From Eledone cirrhosa (lineage: Eukaryota), in assembly GCA_964016885.1 (NCBI GenBank), contig OZ024745.1:51212001-51276000 (forward strand): a stretch of 64,000 nucleotides of DNA, given 5' to 3'. Of this stretch, positions 38,891 to 52,554 are shown piece by piece. The position numbers and the translations under genes were made by a program. Under the pieces are notes generated by a model, which searched no databases, was not told where the DNA came from, and was given only the letters and a program-made list of their open reading frames with translations. The stretch's first letter is position 1. The number at the start of each line of letters is the position of its first letter.

Positions 38891-39060
38891 TGTACATTCG
38901 CTCGAGATAGTTTGTTCTGGCTTCCTTCCAATGTGTGACATCTTGGGTAACTGTCTTCTACTATAGACTCACGTTGACCAATGCCTTGTCACTGGACTAT
39001 GGTAGACGGAGTTTGCAGAGGTTTGTCGAATACACACATGTACACACACACGCACATACG

Positions 39061-39118
<58 letters not shown>

Positions 39119-39880
39119 GTGAGATGTTAAGAACGAAATACGTCTCTTATGTTAACTAACCTCTCAGGGTAAATGTGAATTATTGCGAAAGAAGGGAGTC
39201 TTTCTCGTCCCAGAATACGATTACATATGTATTATATCGTTAGAATTAGTTGAGGGGGGGGCTCATATTCATTCGTTGAATGCATCCAAAATATATATAA
39301 CATGGGTTTTTAAATATGTTTATACAATATGAGTAGGTTCATATTATTTGGTATCAAGTTGAAACACACATATAACCTCGATGCGTTATTTATATTTTAT
39401 GTAAAAAAATTGTGGAAAAAGAAAAATGCCAGGTGGTGCTATTAAGTTAGACATGGCCTGGGCCAATACTGGCCGAAACATATCAAAGTTATCAAAGTTA
39501 CATACAATAATCATGTTGATATTACTTTCCAACTTTACAATTCGCATACATATATGTATATATATATATATGCCTGTCTTGCTCGTTTAGTCTTTTGAGT
39601 AATGCTGGATAGATTCCAACTCCGAAATTGTCCGTTCAATAGCTTGAATTCTGTGACTCAGTCAAAGCGTCACTAGAATTCATTTGAAAAATACAGTTGA
39701 TGCATTTCTTTTTATTTGCTTAATTCTTCCAAAGCAACAGTTTCGTTTTATGAAATAATTTCGCCATATCAAATTGTGCGTGGGTATCATAAAGAAAACA
39801 AACGACAATTATATAAACATACGTTGTTTTAACTGGATGCCTCTTTTCCATTGCTTTCGGTGAAACATACTTTATATAAA

Positions 39881-40067
39881 AAGGGCGGTGGATTGGCAGT
39901 ATCGGTAGAGGGTCGGACGCCATGCTTTCCAGCATAGTTACGTCCCTTTACGATCCGAGTTCAAATCCCGCCGAGGTTAACTTTGCCTTTCATCCTTACG
40001 GGGTCGATATAATAAAGTACCAGTAATGCACTGGGTCATTGCTGGCCTTGTGCCTAAAGTAGAAACA
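39881..40067 (+). mobile_element. Meta-like SINE with 14-bp TSD
   Basis: Same family as 6818; TSD atactttatataaa at 39867-39880 and 40068-40081. Confidence 0.85.
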
Positions 40068-40877
40068 ATACTTTATATAAATACTTATGTGAACGTGATT
40101 GGCATTTCTTTTGACACATTCAGCCTGACATTTACTTGTTTCTCTTTAGATTTGCCGCTGCCGTGCACCTAGTATTTCTCACACATACTTTCATCAGAAT
40201 ATATATATACAGTACCTGCTACTCACAATATCGTGTTGTGTGCACACTAACAAAACTTATCACAAAGGCATACCCATGCTATCCTAAGCATATTATCTTC
40301 AAGATGCAATATTTTTATATATTATTTGAAGTGTTTGATTCCTTTATTTATTTTTGAAGGAATTCGTGAATTGTGTGTACTTCTTTCTTTGCTTTGACGC
40401 TGCATTCATATATTTTCTACCAGAAAAACATAAAATATTGTTTGAAATTGCATTGCTTTAAGATAGTATTATATATCGAACAATTGATTGCCATTCCTAG
40501 AATTATGTTAAAAATACTTTGATCCGTTGTTGTAAACCTAAACCTTTATGTGTATTAAATAATTGAAATCTGTTTACGTCAAATTTTGTGGTTAAAATTA
40601 TTGCTTTTTGGATTATTCGTGCATAATACATTAACGCTTAACTGGTGACTCGATGTTCCGGAATTCTTAATTATTCTCATTTCATCCACGGCATTTATTA
40701 TGGACAGCAAACCTTGAGAGTCACTACAGTTTACACATATTTTCTGATGCACGAAACGTTATTTGCAACTTCAGCTACAGAAATAGGATCCACCCAGTTG
40801 GCAAATGTTTTGACGCTCCATTATTTTCACATTCATGATACTACCTTTTGTGGCTCAGTTAATTGATTTGGCATATA

Positions 40878-41086
40878 AGAGGTGTGTCAGAAAAGTTCAA
40901 GGACTGATGTCACAAAAGATTTATTTCAAACACAAACTTCACACTAGTTTGATCGCTGCAGAAAGCTAAGATTACAGTTACATACTCCAGAGGGATTACT
41001 TTGAAGGAGAAAACTCTTAGTGTGAAGTTTGGGTTTGAAATAAATCTTTTGTGACATTAGTCCTGGAACTTTTCTGACACACCTCG
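40878..41086. mobile_element. Mariner-derived MITE
   Basis: ~70-bp TIRs gaggtgtgtcagaaaagtt.../...aacttttctgacacacctcg, TA flanks, internal gggattactttgaagga (GDYFE, mariner C-terminus-like). Confidence 0.85.
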
Positions 41087-41125
41087 TAGAATCCAAGAAT
41101 TTGTAAAAAACATATTAACGGTGCT

Positions 41126-41232
41126 TTCTTCTTCTTCTTCTTCTTCTTCTTCTTCTTGGGAGGGTCGTGGGAGCAGAGTCTTTAGTCACTCCTTCCAGTG
41201 GGTCCTACCAGAAGTGACCGCCTCCAATTGAT
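41126..41232 (-). mobile_element. RTE-like LINE 3' terminus with (GAA)n tail
   Basis: Reverse complement reads QLEAVTSGRTHWKE.. then ccacgaccctcccaa(gaa)n. Confidence 0.6.
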
Positions 41233-42511
41233 ACGGTGCACTCGAATGTACCATGTTACATGTGTGGCACATTAGATTTGCCGGTACCACATAAAATTCA
41301 ATGGAAACCCTCCTCATTGCTATTTTTCGGATGTACTCTGACATCGTCCCCCTTACCATGATCAACTAATGATTCACTCCGATACTCATCTTATCGCAAT
41401 TGACGTCTCACCGTTTTTTTTTTCCTGAACAACTTTTCCTGAACAACTTTTCCTGAACAACTTTTGATCATTATAAGACTGCATGATATTTGGCCAGTCA
41501 ATGATAGGTTAATATTAAAGAGAGTTTCTAAGGTGGATTAATTTATATTGTCGTTACATTTACCATTATGGAAAACTTCTTTAAATCCTTACAGACTTTC
41601 TTCAGAAACGAACATGATATAAATAGCTCATCATTCATGATTATACAATCTCAGATGATCTGAACACGATAAATGTCATGGTTGACATAGCTCTGTTTGT
41701 TCCAAACACCTCTGCTGTTACAGGTCTTGGAAGCTGCTCCAACGTAGGCGTGGTTGTAAGTATTCAGATAAGAAAATCGGGTGAGGAATGAAAGATGTAA
41801 GGTTGAATGGAAAAGAAGTGAAGCAAAATGTTATCATGGAAATACGTATTAGTCGCAATCTATTTTGGATGGACCATCCATTATCAAAGGATCCGATGGG
41901 AACCTCGGATAATGTCGGAGTGGATCCTATCATGCGTGTTTGTTAATTGTATTGGTTAAAGCAGGTGGATGTTAATGGAGTTAACAGTGACTAGCCAACA
42001 GGGGGAAGTAATCTGTCATATATGACAAGCTGCATTTTGTCGACAGTCAGTCCGTTTGATAATTTGGTTATCATGTTTACTGGCCTTATTTGTTTATATA
42101 TTTAGTTACTCATTTACTAATTTATTTTGGTATGGGAGCACGTGAAAAAATAACCCTTGTGCTATGTTCTTTCACAGTCTTTATTGATAGACGTTTTCAG
42201 TTGTTATATAAAAAGGGCTTCCTTTATTCGCAGGGTCAGTATGTTGCGTTCTTCAAGGCTAGTATCATGATAGTGAAGCAAGTCTTTATTTTTGCATTCA
42301 AGAATAAGTTAGCGGAACGCAGAAGAATTACTAATGAAGTATAGGGATGCATATATATATATATATGTTCCCGTATATATATATATATATATATACATAT
42401 ACGGGAAGATTTTTCACAAAAATGGTTACTGAGTACATGAGCTTTTTTAAAACGTTTTTGCTGATTCTTCCTCTTCTCAGTCTCTATTTCAGTTTTTTAT
42501 TTCTCATTCCA

Positions 42512-42547
42512 TCTTCTGATGACAGACTTGTGTCAGAAACGTAAAGA
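42512..42547 (+). ncRNA. Minimal type I hammerhead ribozyme, core intact
   Basis: tctt-CTGATGA-ca-gac-ttgt-gtc-a-GAAA-CGTA-aaga. Confidence 0.75.
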
Positions 42548-42668
42548 CACTTTTCCTACGATTCCAAGCGTTAAGCAAATTTATTTCTTCATTGTACAGT
42601 GTTGTTTGCTTTGTTGTTTCGGTTTCAGTTTCCTTTTTTCATATACATATATGTGTGTGTATGTATAC

Positions 42669-42727
<59 letters not shown>

Positions 42728-43315
42728 TATATATAAATTTATATATATATATATATATACACACACATATATATATATTTATATATATATACAGACAGAC
42801 ATAAATATGTTTATATATATTTACATGCCCCCACCCCACATATATATATATATACATATATATATATACATACATACATATATATATATATCCCAATTCA
42901 GTTATTTATGGAAATTTCTCAGATACACGCACACGTCTATAATAGATCATGTTAAGCGGAAAATTGAATTGTCTTATAAAAACTTTTTAGTCATATTAAA
43001 CTGAGAATGATAATGTATTGAAGCGCGTGTAAGTACACTGTCAAACAGATACAGACATACAAATATACACGCACATGCACACACATATACACAGATACTG
43101 ACACACACATACACGCATACATATAAAAAAAATGAATTTAATCGCTGAAATAGTAAGTTTCTTCGTTATGACAATACCGATTTATTTCAAGGGAATAAAT
43201 ATATTTTTCTATAATCTGATTTATGTTGAAGAAATGGAAAGCAATTATTTTAAAGTTTTTCAATTTTTTTGTTGTAATAATTTTACTTATTAGAACACAC
43301 ACATACACACACATT

Positions 43316-43375
<60 letters not shown>

Positions 43376-44214
43376 TATATGTTATATATATACACATATA
43401 CGTACGTATATGTATGTGCATAAGCATACACATATGTCTATATATATTAGTTTTTCTATATATTTATATACACATATGCGTATGTATATGTATATGTTTG
43501 TATGTATATATATGCGTATATATGTATTTGTGTATGTTTATATATTTATACGTATATGTGTGTATATATATATATATGTATATATGTACATATATATTCA
43601 TATATGTGCATATATATTCCCATAGACATACACACACACACATAAATAAATAAATGTACACATATATATATATATATATATATAAATATTTATAAATACA
43701 CATATATCTATGTGTGCGTGTGTGTACGTATTTAAAACATTTAGCAAATGTATATAACGAAATACAAGTATAAAGAATATATTAACACAACGTATAATTA
43801 TCGTATTCAAATGTTATTACTACACCGGAATTTTGTTTTCATTTGGGTTTCTGCAAAATAATGAGTAAAGATGGAAAAAGTAACTATATAGGAAAAAAAT
43901 AAAAAATAAAAATAAATAGACAGATTTAACGTTTCTGTACGGTTTGAGGCATATATTCAACTAATATACAGTAATTAACTCACATTGCCTCAGACATAAT
44001 GAAAGTCACGAGTAGACATGTTGACAGAATATTCAGATCAAATTAACGCTACCTATATTGCCAATCACGCTACCTATATTGTCAATCACGCTACCTATAT
44101 TGCTTATTGTTACTGTTGTAATTATGTATCCCGAGGGTAGCTTTGACAAGGCAGATAATGTTCTCTTGGGCAATGCACAACAAATACACTACGCCCCTCA
44201 TATATATATATATT

Positions 44215-44268
<54 letters not shown>

Positions 44269-45611
44269 GGGGGGGTATATGTGTATGTGTGTGCGTGTAA
44301 TTCAGTCTACAGAAAGTAGTAAAATCGCTACTCAACAGTTGAGATGCACATTAACATAAATGTATGGATTGGACATATCTGTTTCTCTGTCTAGATGTCC
44401 AGCATTGTATCATACTACATAATCAGAGAGATCAGAATATATGGTTTAAGTTTAAACTATTAGGGCTTTCATTCAGAAAATTGTTTTGTTGAAACTAGGG
44501 AAAGCAAATAGGAAAATTGTAAATACCTAAAAATGATTTCAGCTACATTTGTGTTATGTGAACCTGGAAACTATGCAAAATATCTAAGGAAAGCTATGAA
44601 TCAACGAAAATGTTCTATACTTCATAAATATTACGTTATCTGATCTAGATATATATACTTATTATATTTTACGTGATCTGGAAAGTTCTTGAACATATCT
44701 AATTTCTCTGTACACATTTCAACAAAATATAAAGTGCTAAAACTCAAAACAAAATTGAAGACAAGTTCAAATACAAATCTTTTGGGGCCAATTTAAATCA
44801 ATTAATATTTGAGTTACATTTTCAGTAGTGTCTCGTATATTTTACCTAAAACTTTGCGGTCATCACCATATATAAATAAAAGAAATATAAAAATATAAAT
44901 ACATTGAACAGATAAGTATAACCCATATATTTTTATTGATTATACTCTGACATAGGATTTATTTAATATTGTATAAAACTTTATATATATATTTAGACAC
45001 ACAAACACAGCTGCTCACAATTACACATATACACATGTATGTATTATATATATAATATATAAATATAATATACAAACACACACACACACACACACTCACA
45101 CGCACACACTCATATAGACACACACGCATTTTCTTTTCTTTGTAGGCAATACAAAGGAGGTATATATTTCTAATATTCCTTTTAATGCGGAATGCTTCAT
45201 TACACGGTGTTTAAAAGGCTAAAGTGTTTGTCCGGTGATCTTTGAGAGCGTGTTATACACACACATCACAAAAACATGCCTATGTATTACGTAACTCCTT
45301 TTCTGGTTGCCAAATAACCAGACACCCACCAGCCACCTCGTATAACATGCTTCATGTCCGGCAGACAATAATGAAGCATCCCAGTGTAGAAGGACAGGAA
45401 GCAAGACTTACCTCCCCTGCACGAATTGTATATATGTGGTGCGTATGTGTGTGTGTGTGCAAGGGTTTAGATCTATGCATATATGCGTGTGTATGTGTAT
45501 GTGTATGTGCATATATGTACGCATGTGTGCATATGTGTATAAGGATGTGTATGTTTCGAAAAGGATAGCTTTTTATAAGGGATTCACCACCTCTGGTGAT
45601 ATACATTCTGA

Positions 45612-45672
45612 CTTGGCTGACGAACGAAGCGGCAATAATATCCGCTTGCTTCGGGAAACTCCGAGTGCCTAG
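45612..45672 (+). ncRNA. Hammerhead-like motif with G at the cleavage position
   Basis: cttgg-CTGACGA-acgaagcgg...ccgcttgcttcgg-GAAA-CTCCGAG-TG-cctag. Confidence 0.6.
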
Positions 45673-45768
45673 AACTTGCATGCCAGTTTGTCATGTGTTT
45701 GGCATACATTCTTTATCTCTAGTGAGGGTTTATTCTTTAGTGATTACAAAATTACACGCAGGCAACTG

Positions 45769-45849
<81 letters not shown>

Positions 45850-46527
45850 ATATATATAAAAACTCACAATCTACCCCCTCTCTCTCTGTGTATATATATG
45901 TATATATATATATATATATATACACATATGTGCATTTGTGTATGTGTATGTGTATGGATATGTAAACCTACGCGTGAAGGTGTCCATATAGAAATATGTA
46001 AGTGTGTGCCTGCGTATCTACTTATGTACAATATTAGAAAAGTGCTTGTTGTGTGTGCATTAGTTTAAGCTAAGCTACAAATTGTCAAAATGGCCGTTCG
46101 CTGGAAATTGCTCGGTAATAACTTACAATGAGTAGACTAAATTTATTTGCATCATTTGGCACACTGTCTACAATTTCTCACCCGCTCGCTCTCACAGCAA
46201 TATCTTTCACTTGCACTGTCAGTGCGAAAGAAAAGCAATAAAGCAACTAACATGTTATTGAGTTCTGTGAGATAGAAGGAAACTATTAGCCGGCAAAATA
46301 AATCAAAACTTTCTAATGACAGCGATTGAAATATTGAAAATGTACGAGAGATAGAGTATTTAAACATTCCGTGAGTAATTCAAAAACACTATTAATGGCC
46401 CGAGTTAAGTTGCAGCTTGAAATTTGACACGAAAGCGGATATGTAGAGATTAACGAGGTTAATTTAATTATATAGAGATTTTCACTCTCTTTCTCTCTCA
46501 CCCACTCTCTTTATACATAAATACGCC

Positions 46528-46574
<47 letters not shown>

Positions 46575-46964
46575 TTATATACATATATAGGTATATATAT
46601 GTGTGTGTATTTGTGTGTGTATGTGTGGGTCGATATGTATGCATGTGTGTGTGAATAAATTTGTGTCGAGATTTTTGAACGCCTACACACGCTCACACAT
46701 ACACAGACACATACATCTCTTTAATGCGTGTGTACGTGCGAGAGAGTATGTGGATATTGGGAAAAAAGTTTTCACAATAAAACAAAAGCAATAAAATTAT
46801 ATATACTTCAAACATATATATTTTTTCTAAATATATAGACACACACGCTCACATACACACACATATATATATATCCGGTAAGTAATCGAATTAGTGACAC
46901 AGCGAAGTGATAGAGCACAATGAAGATATATATTAGTTTAACGCTTGATATAGCCGGAAAATAG

Positions 46965-47000
46965 TCTCAATATTTCGGATGTTAATCCTTCAACAGAAAA
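46965..47000 (-). ncRNA. Decayed minimal hammerhead motif
   Basis: Reverse complement tttt-CTGTTGA-a-ggat-taac-atcc-GAAA-tatt-gaga, then caagcgttaaactaat. Confidence 0.55.
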
Positions 47001-47125
47001 TAGAATGAGAAATAAAAGAAAAATAGAAAGGTAGATGCGGCTAAGATGACGAAAAAGCGGAAAGAATATCTTTGGAGCACACTATCACACACACACACAC
47101 ACACACATGCACACACGTGCACACA

Positions 47126-47292
<167 letters not shown>

Positions 47293-49034
47293 GGGTGACT
47301 AAACACACATGCTCCAACGCATCGATACACACATTACACACACACACTAGCACACATATTTATATCATATTTTCCTGAAACACCACGTATCGTTCTATCT
47401 TAGTTATCTCGATCAACAATCATTGATTCGTGAAGTGCGTTCGTTGTGTCTGTGATGCAACCAACAATTTATAAAGAACGCAGCCATGGCGTTCGTGTAC
47501 AGTTTTAGCTGCAAATATCAACAAAAACTACCCAGGAGCAAACATAATGACGCAACTCCTTTTTGCTTTCTATCGCAGCTTGCTTCACGTGTGCTTTACT
47601 GCATAAATACATATTTACAGCGATTACTGAACAAAAAAGGATTGGCGTAAATCGTCAGCAGGTTTTGTGTTTCCTGATCCTGCAAGTATGGAAGTCTGTA
47701 TCAACTATATTAGTGTAGCTGTTGCGCGTGTCATGTTGTTCATTTTTATTTCCAGTGTGAATAAAGCAAATGATAAATTCAAACTTCACCACTTGACAGA
47801 ATTTTGAAAGGATAATATACTTCGGAGAGTATAGAAATTTGAAATCATCAAGAGTCAATATATAGTAATGTCAACTAATAATTTAATTTTGAAAGAGTTG
47901 GAAACAGAAGGCATAGACAACACATGGACTTCGGGCAGGAAACAGCAACTAATCACCTGGAACAATTATATCAACATAGACCGTTTACAGTTGCTATTAT
48001 ACCAGCCTGCCTATGTAGTCAAATATTTATTTGTTCCTATTAAGACTATCTGAATTGCTGCTATTATCAAAAGGAATGTAATTTTGTGTCTTCAACACCA
48101 TAAACGATTTTGCAAGAATTTCCGCATTCACATCATTCCCTGATTTTAAGACCCATTGGCTCGCCTTAACAATTGTTGGCTTTTTAAATGTCTAGTGTTT
48201 GTAATAGGCTTGTTACACTAATAGTGACCACCGCCATTTCACTTTTAGACTTTGCAATCTTTCATTCTCAGTAGTTAATGTATGACCACAACGCACTCCA
48301 AAATAAGTAGCGATGGATCTTTAATTGAAGTCACTAGAACACACAGGCTCTTTGGATGAACATGAACAAGAATTCAACAGGGAATTTTGTCTTTTGGAAA
48401 ATATATTCTCTTAATAATTAGCAGTAGTAGCAATTTTTGTCTACCAGCAAATCATCATAAATCTACAGTATAACATATTTTAATGATCAAACATCATTAC
48501 TGTTGCGGTTTTGGTGTTTCTATATAAACCGACCTATTCGGTATGGCATTAGGCGTTTATGCCTGATTTATTTCTTAGACACTTCCTTTCCTTACACTGA
48601 TTTTACGAGGCTATGAAATTAAATTATTTTGTTTTCACAATATTCCAACATTCCTTAGACAAAGTGTGTCGCATACGAATGTTGTATTGTATTCTATGAA
48701 AGGATGACACGTTTTATGAATACTTTCATTTGAAACATTTAAAAAATTGTTATCTTCTTTCTATCATAGAACCAAAAAAACACGAACACATTAGGAGATA
48801 GGCAAATGTTTAAGGTGGTCTTTTATTATATTAATACGATTTAACGGATAGCATGATACATCAGAATGTTTCTTTGTTCGTCACATGTTCATGCTTTTTG
48901 AAAGTCACAGAAGTTTCAGGACTCAAAAAAGCGGTAATAAAGACATACAATGTGTAGAATATTATTTGTCAGTTAGTTTACCTTTCAAATACAACAACGT
49001 GTGTCTGTGATTACGTATATATATATATATATAT

Positions 49035-49255
49035 AAGGAACGATCGACTTTCGTCAAATCGGACGGAGGAAACATTGTTTCCATCGGTCTTTCCAGTTGC
49101 TAATACTATCTATCGGTTGCAACTCCAGGTAGAAGGAGCAACGTGAAATAAAGTCTCTTGCTCAAGGACATAACGCATCGCCCGGTCCGAGAATCGAACT
49201 CACAACCTCACGATTGCGAATCCAATTCTCTAATCACTGAGCCACACGCCTTCAC
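49035..49255 (-). mobile_element. tRNA-derived SINE with CORE-like domain
   Basis: A box tggctcagtg, B box gttcgattc, then tgtccttgagcaagagactttatttcac. Confidence 0.85.
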
Positions 49256-50111
49256 AAAATACGAAATAGAGCATTAACACTGAAGTAAACAAGCAAAGAA
49301 GTGTATTCAACAAATACAAAGCAACTGATTTCTAAAGAAGAGTTGTTTTTATATTTATTCATGCATAGAAACTCTTGAAAGTAATTTTCGTTTCTGCTTT
49401 GTATTGAATGGAAAACGTCTCTGATTGGGCTTTTCACCAGAAAACTACTGCTGCCATATAGATATCGCATTTAATGAATATTACTATAAATCGTGAGAAT
49501 AACATATTTGCTGGTATCAAGGACACTATTTCGTATTTTACTGTGTCAAATAGTCGAAATGCACCCTCATGCGTGTATATATATATATATACACACACAC
49601 ATATATATATACATATATATATATATACTTCAGGGTAGAACCAGTTTAAAACTAGTAAGGCCATTACTCAATAGAGTATTCGATACTTGGGGTGGTAGAG
49701 AATGGCTATATTATACAGAGTCGGGATTTGATGGCTTAGCACTTAGCTCTAATTCCGGAACTAGAAGTTGAAGCAGCAAGAGCTCAACCGTTTTCCACGA
49801 GGGTGTATTGCGACTATTTGACACAGTAAAATACGAAATAGTGTCCTTGATACCAGCAAATATGTTATTCTCACGATTTATAGTAATATTCATTAAATGC
49901 GATATCTATACGGCAGCAGTAGTTTTCTGGTGAAAAGCCCAATCAGAGACGTTTTCCATTCAATACAAAGCAGAAACGAAAATTACTTTCAAGAGTTTCT
50001 ATGGATGAATAAATATAAAAACAACTCTTCTTTAGAAATCAGTTGCTTTGTATTTGTTGAATACACTTCTTTGCTTGTTTACTTGAGTTTTAATGCTCTA
50101 CTTCGTATTTT
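49256..50111. repeat. 316-bp inverted repeat (49256-49571 / 49796-50111)
   Basis: Mirror ORFs 49252-49470(-) and 49897-50154(+) are nearly identical. Confidence 0.95.
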
Positions 50112-50457
50112 AAGAGTATTCCTGCCTAAAATAGTTACCACAACTTTATTTTAGCTATTAATCGTGAAATAGAAATAAAATGTTTAATATGCTTATACAA
50201 CATTCTTTATAAACTTGTTGTTTATAAATCCAAATATTACCTAATTGCTCCAATTAGTATATCTTAAACGTTTGTCGAGAAAACCGGAAAATTCATACAG
50301 CCTGATTATATCTGGTTATTCGTGTGTCGGAAAAGTCGTTTGACACGTGATGTTCATTATGCAGCGTTTGCGTATCTTCATGATATAATAGGTTACATAA
50401 TCCTCTTCCGATTTTCATTCTTCTTCATCTTTCTATTTCTTCATTTATTTCTCATTC

Positions 50458-50495
50458 TCTCGTCTGATGAAGTAGTAGCATCCGAAATGTCAAGA
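50458..50495 (+). ncRNA. Decayed minimal hammerhead motif
   Basis: CTGATGA-agtagtagcatcc-GAAA-tgtc-aaga, then caagtgttaaactaat. Confidence 0.55.
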
Positions 50496-51923
50496 CACTT
50501 TGCCTAAAATATCAAGTGTTAAACTAATATATACATATAATTGCGAAATCGGAAACTGCAGAAGCGCATAATCGTATCTATATATATAAACACACACACA
50601 CACACACACGCACACGCACACGCGCACGCGCAAACGCACACGCACACGCACACACACACACATATAATGATGTGCTTCTGTAGTTTCATATTTCGAAATT
50701 TCAATCGCAATTCATATTGGTCAACTCGAGACAATAGTAGAAGATACCTGTCCTAGATTCCTCACTTTTGGACTGAACCCACGAAACCATGATTGCGAAG
50801 CCAATACCTTACCCACACGAATTGTATGATAATTTTTTATCTGTACATTTACAGTACGCAATTAATCAAGAAACATAAATATCTATATAAATATACCCTT
50901 TAATTACACAGACATGTAATCATTTCGAATTTACTTATTTATTTTAAAATTAAATAAAATATATTATGCTTAATCAATTTTCGATCTTTATTTTGATCAG
51001 ATATCGATTTGAAAAGCTTTCTATCTCACATCGTTTTTTGTCTGCTTCTTAGGGGATGTTATATTGAACAATGCATATTGGAAAATACAAGTAGCAGCAT
51101 GAGAAGACTCCTTCCCTGCACCCATAGGCTGTACAGGCAATATATTCACTGTTTGTGGTTAATTAAACAGTAGAGTTACAAGAAGAGAAATTCAAATAAT
51201 ACTGATTGAAAAGCTTCCTCGTAAACGTTAATTATATTATTTTTTTGACTTACTTCTCCACCCTCCATTGAGTTTATCGCCGCTGTGGGTGGCATAATCA
51301 ACTTCATCATAACGAAAGATGAGATTTCTATTATCATATTCGTGTATACATTCTTTTGTCATACTAATAACATTCATTTTTTGGAAGGAGGCCATGTCGG
51401 AGCAATACGCTTCAAAGTATTTGTTGTGATATATCGAAATACATTTGGCAGTGATTTTACTGATTTATGAAATAAAACGGAACATTTGACATGAGAGTAA
51501 AGGGACATACAAAAAATGGTGTATTTTGTTCGTTGCTTTGATTCTTCACATCACATATTGCTTGAGCCTCAGTATAATACGATATTCATTTGGATATATG
51601 TATATTCACAAATATTTTTAGTACTGAGTCTTAATTTGTCCTGACTTTCATACTCTGTATCTATGCATATCATTCAAATGTAGGGTAGATAATAGACTTC
51701 GGGGAAGACTTCTGGCAGAATTTAAGCGAAAGGAATTTTTATCAATATTTTGCATAGGCTCAGTTCGTTGGAATAAAAATAATACATTCTTGTACCCTTA
51801 ATAAAGGAGACTGATATCTTAATTAAGAACTTGAAGTGAATCTTCCAAATTGATGTAAGGCCTTAGTTTTTTCTCAGGAGTCAGAAAGTAGTGGCCATAC
51901 ATCAAAGATCTAATCATATATAT

Positions 51924-52188
51924 ATCACCTTGATCACCTTGACCGACCAGTCTGTCGGGCGCCAATAAGCGCCGCTGGTCACAGCACGTCGTGCTGTTTT
52001 AGCCATAAGATAATGCCATCCCACTGGCTGGGCGGACAGGCTGGTACTAATTTCTACAGCTGAGTAAACTGGAGCAACGTGAAATAAAGTGTCTTGCTCA
52101 AGGAAACAACACATCGCCCGGTCCGAGAATTGAACTCACAACCTTTCAATTGCAAGCCCAATGCTCTAACCACTAAGCCATGCGCCTT

Positions 52189-52191
<3 letters not shown>
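51924..52191 (-). mobile_element. tRNA-derived CORE-like SINE
   Basis: Reverse complement of the 52277-52535 copy. Confidence 0.9.
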
Positions 52192-52223
<32 letters not shown>

Positions 52224-52276
52224 ACACGCACACGCACACGCACACGCGCGCGCGCGCGCATATATATATATATATA

Positions 52277-52535
52277 GTGAAGGCGCATGGCTTAGTGGTT
52301 AGAACATTGGCCTTGCAATCGAAAGGTTGTGAGTTCAATTCTCGGACCGGGTGATGTGTTGTTTCCTTGAGCAAGACACTTTATTTCACGTTGCTCCAGT
52401 TTACTCACCTGTAGAAATGAGTACCAGCCTGCCCACCCAGTCAGTGGGATGGCGTTATCTTATGGCTAAAACAGCACGACGTGCTGTGACCAACGGCGCC
52501 GATTGGCGCCCGACAGACTGGTCTGTCAAGGTGAT
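52277..52535 (+). mobile_element. tRNA-derived CORE-like SINE
   Basis: tggcttagtgg A box, gttcaattc B box, tttccttgagcaagacactt domain. Confidence 0.9.
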
Positions 52536-52554
52536 ATATATATATATATATATA

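Noticed and set aside
45580-45672. Possible exon GFTTSG..TPSA*
   Set aside because: Better explained as a hammerhead-bearing repeat remnant.
49180-52350. tRNA-like A/B boxes
   Set aside because: SINE heads continuing into CORE-like bodies, not tRNA genes.
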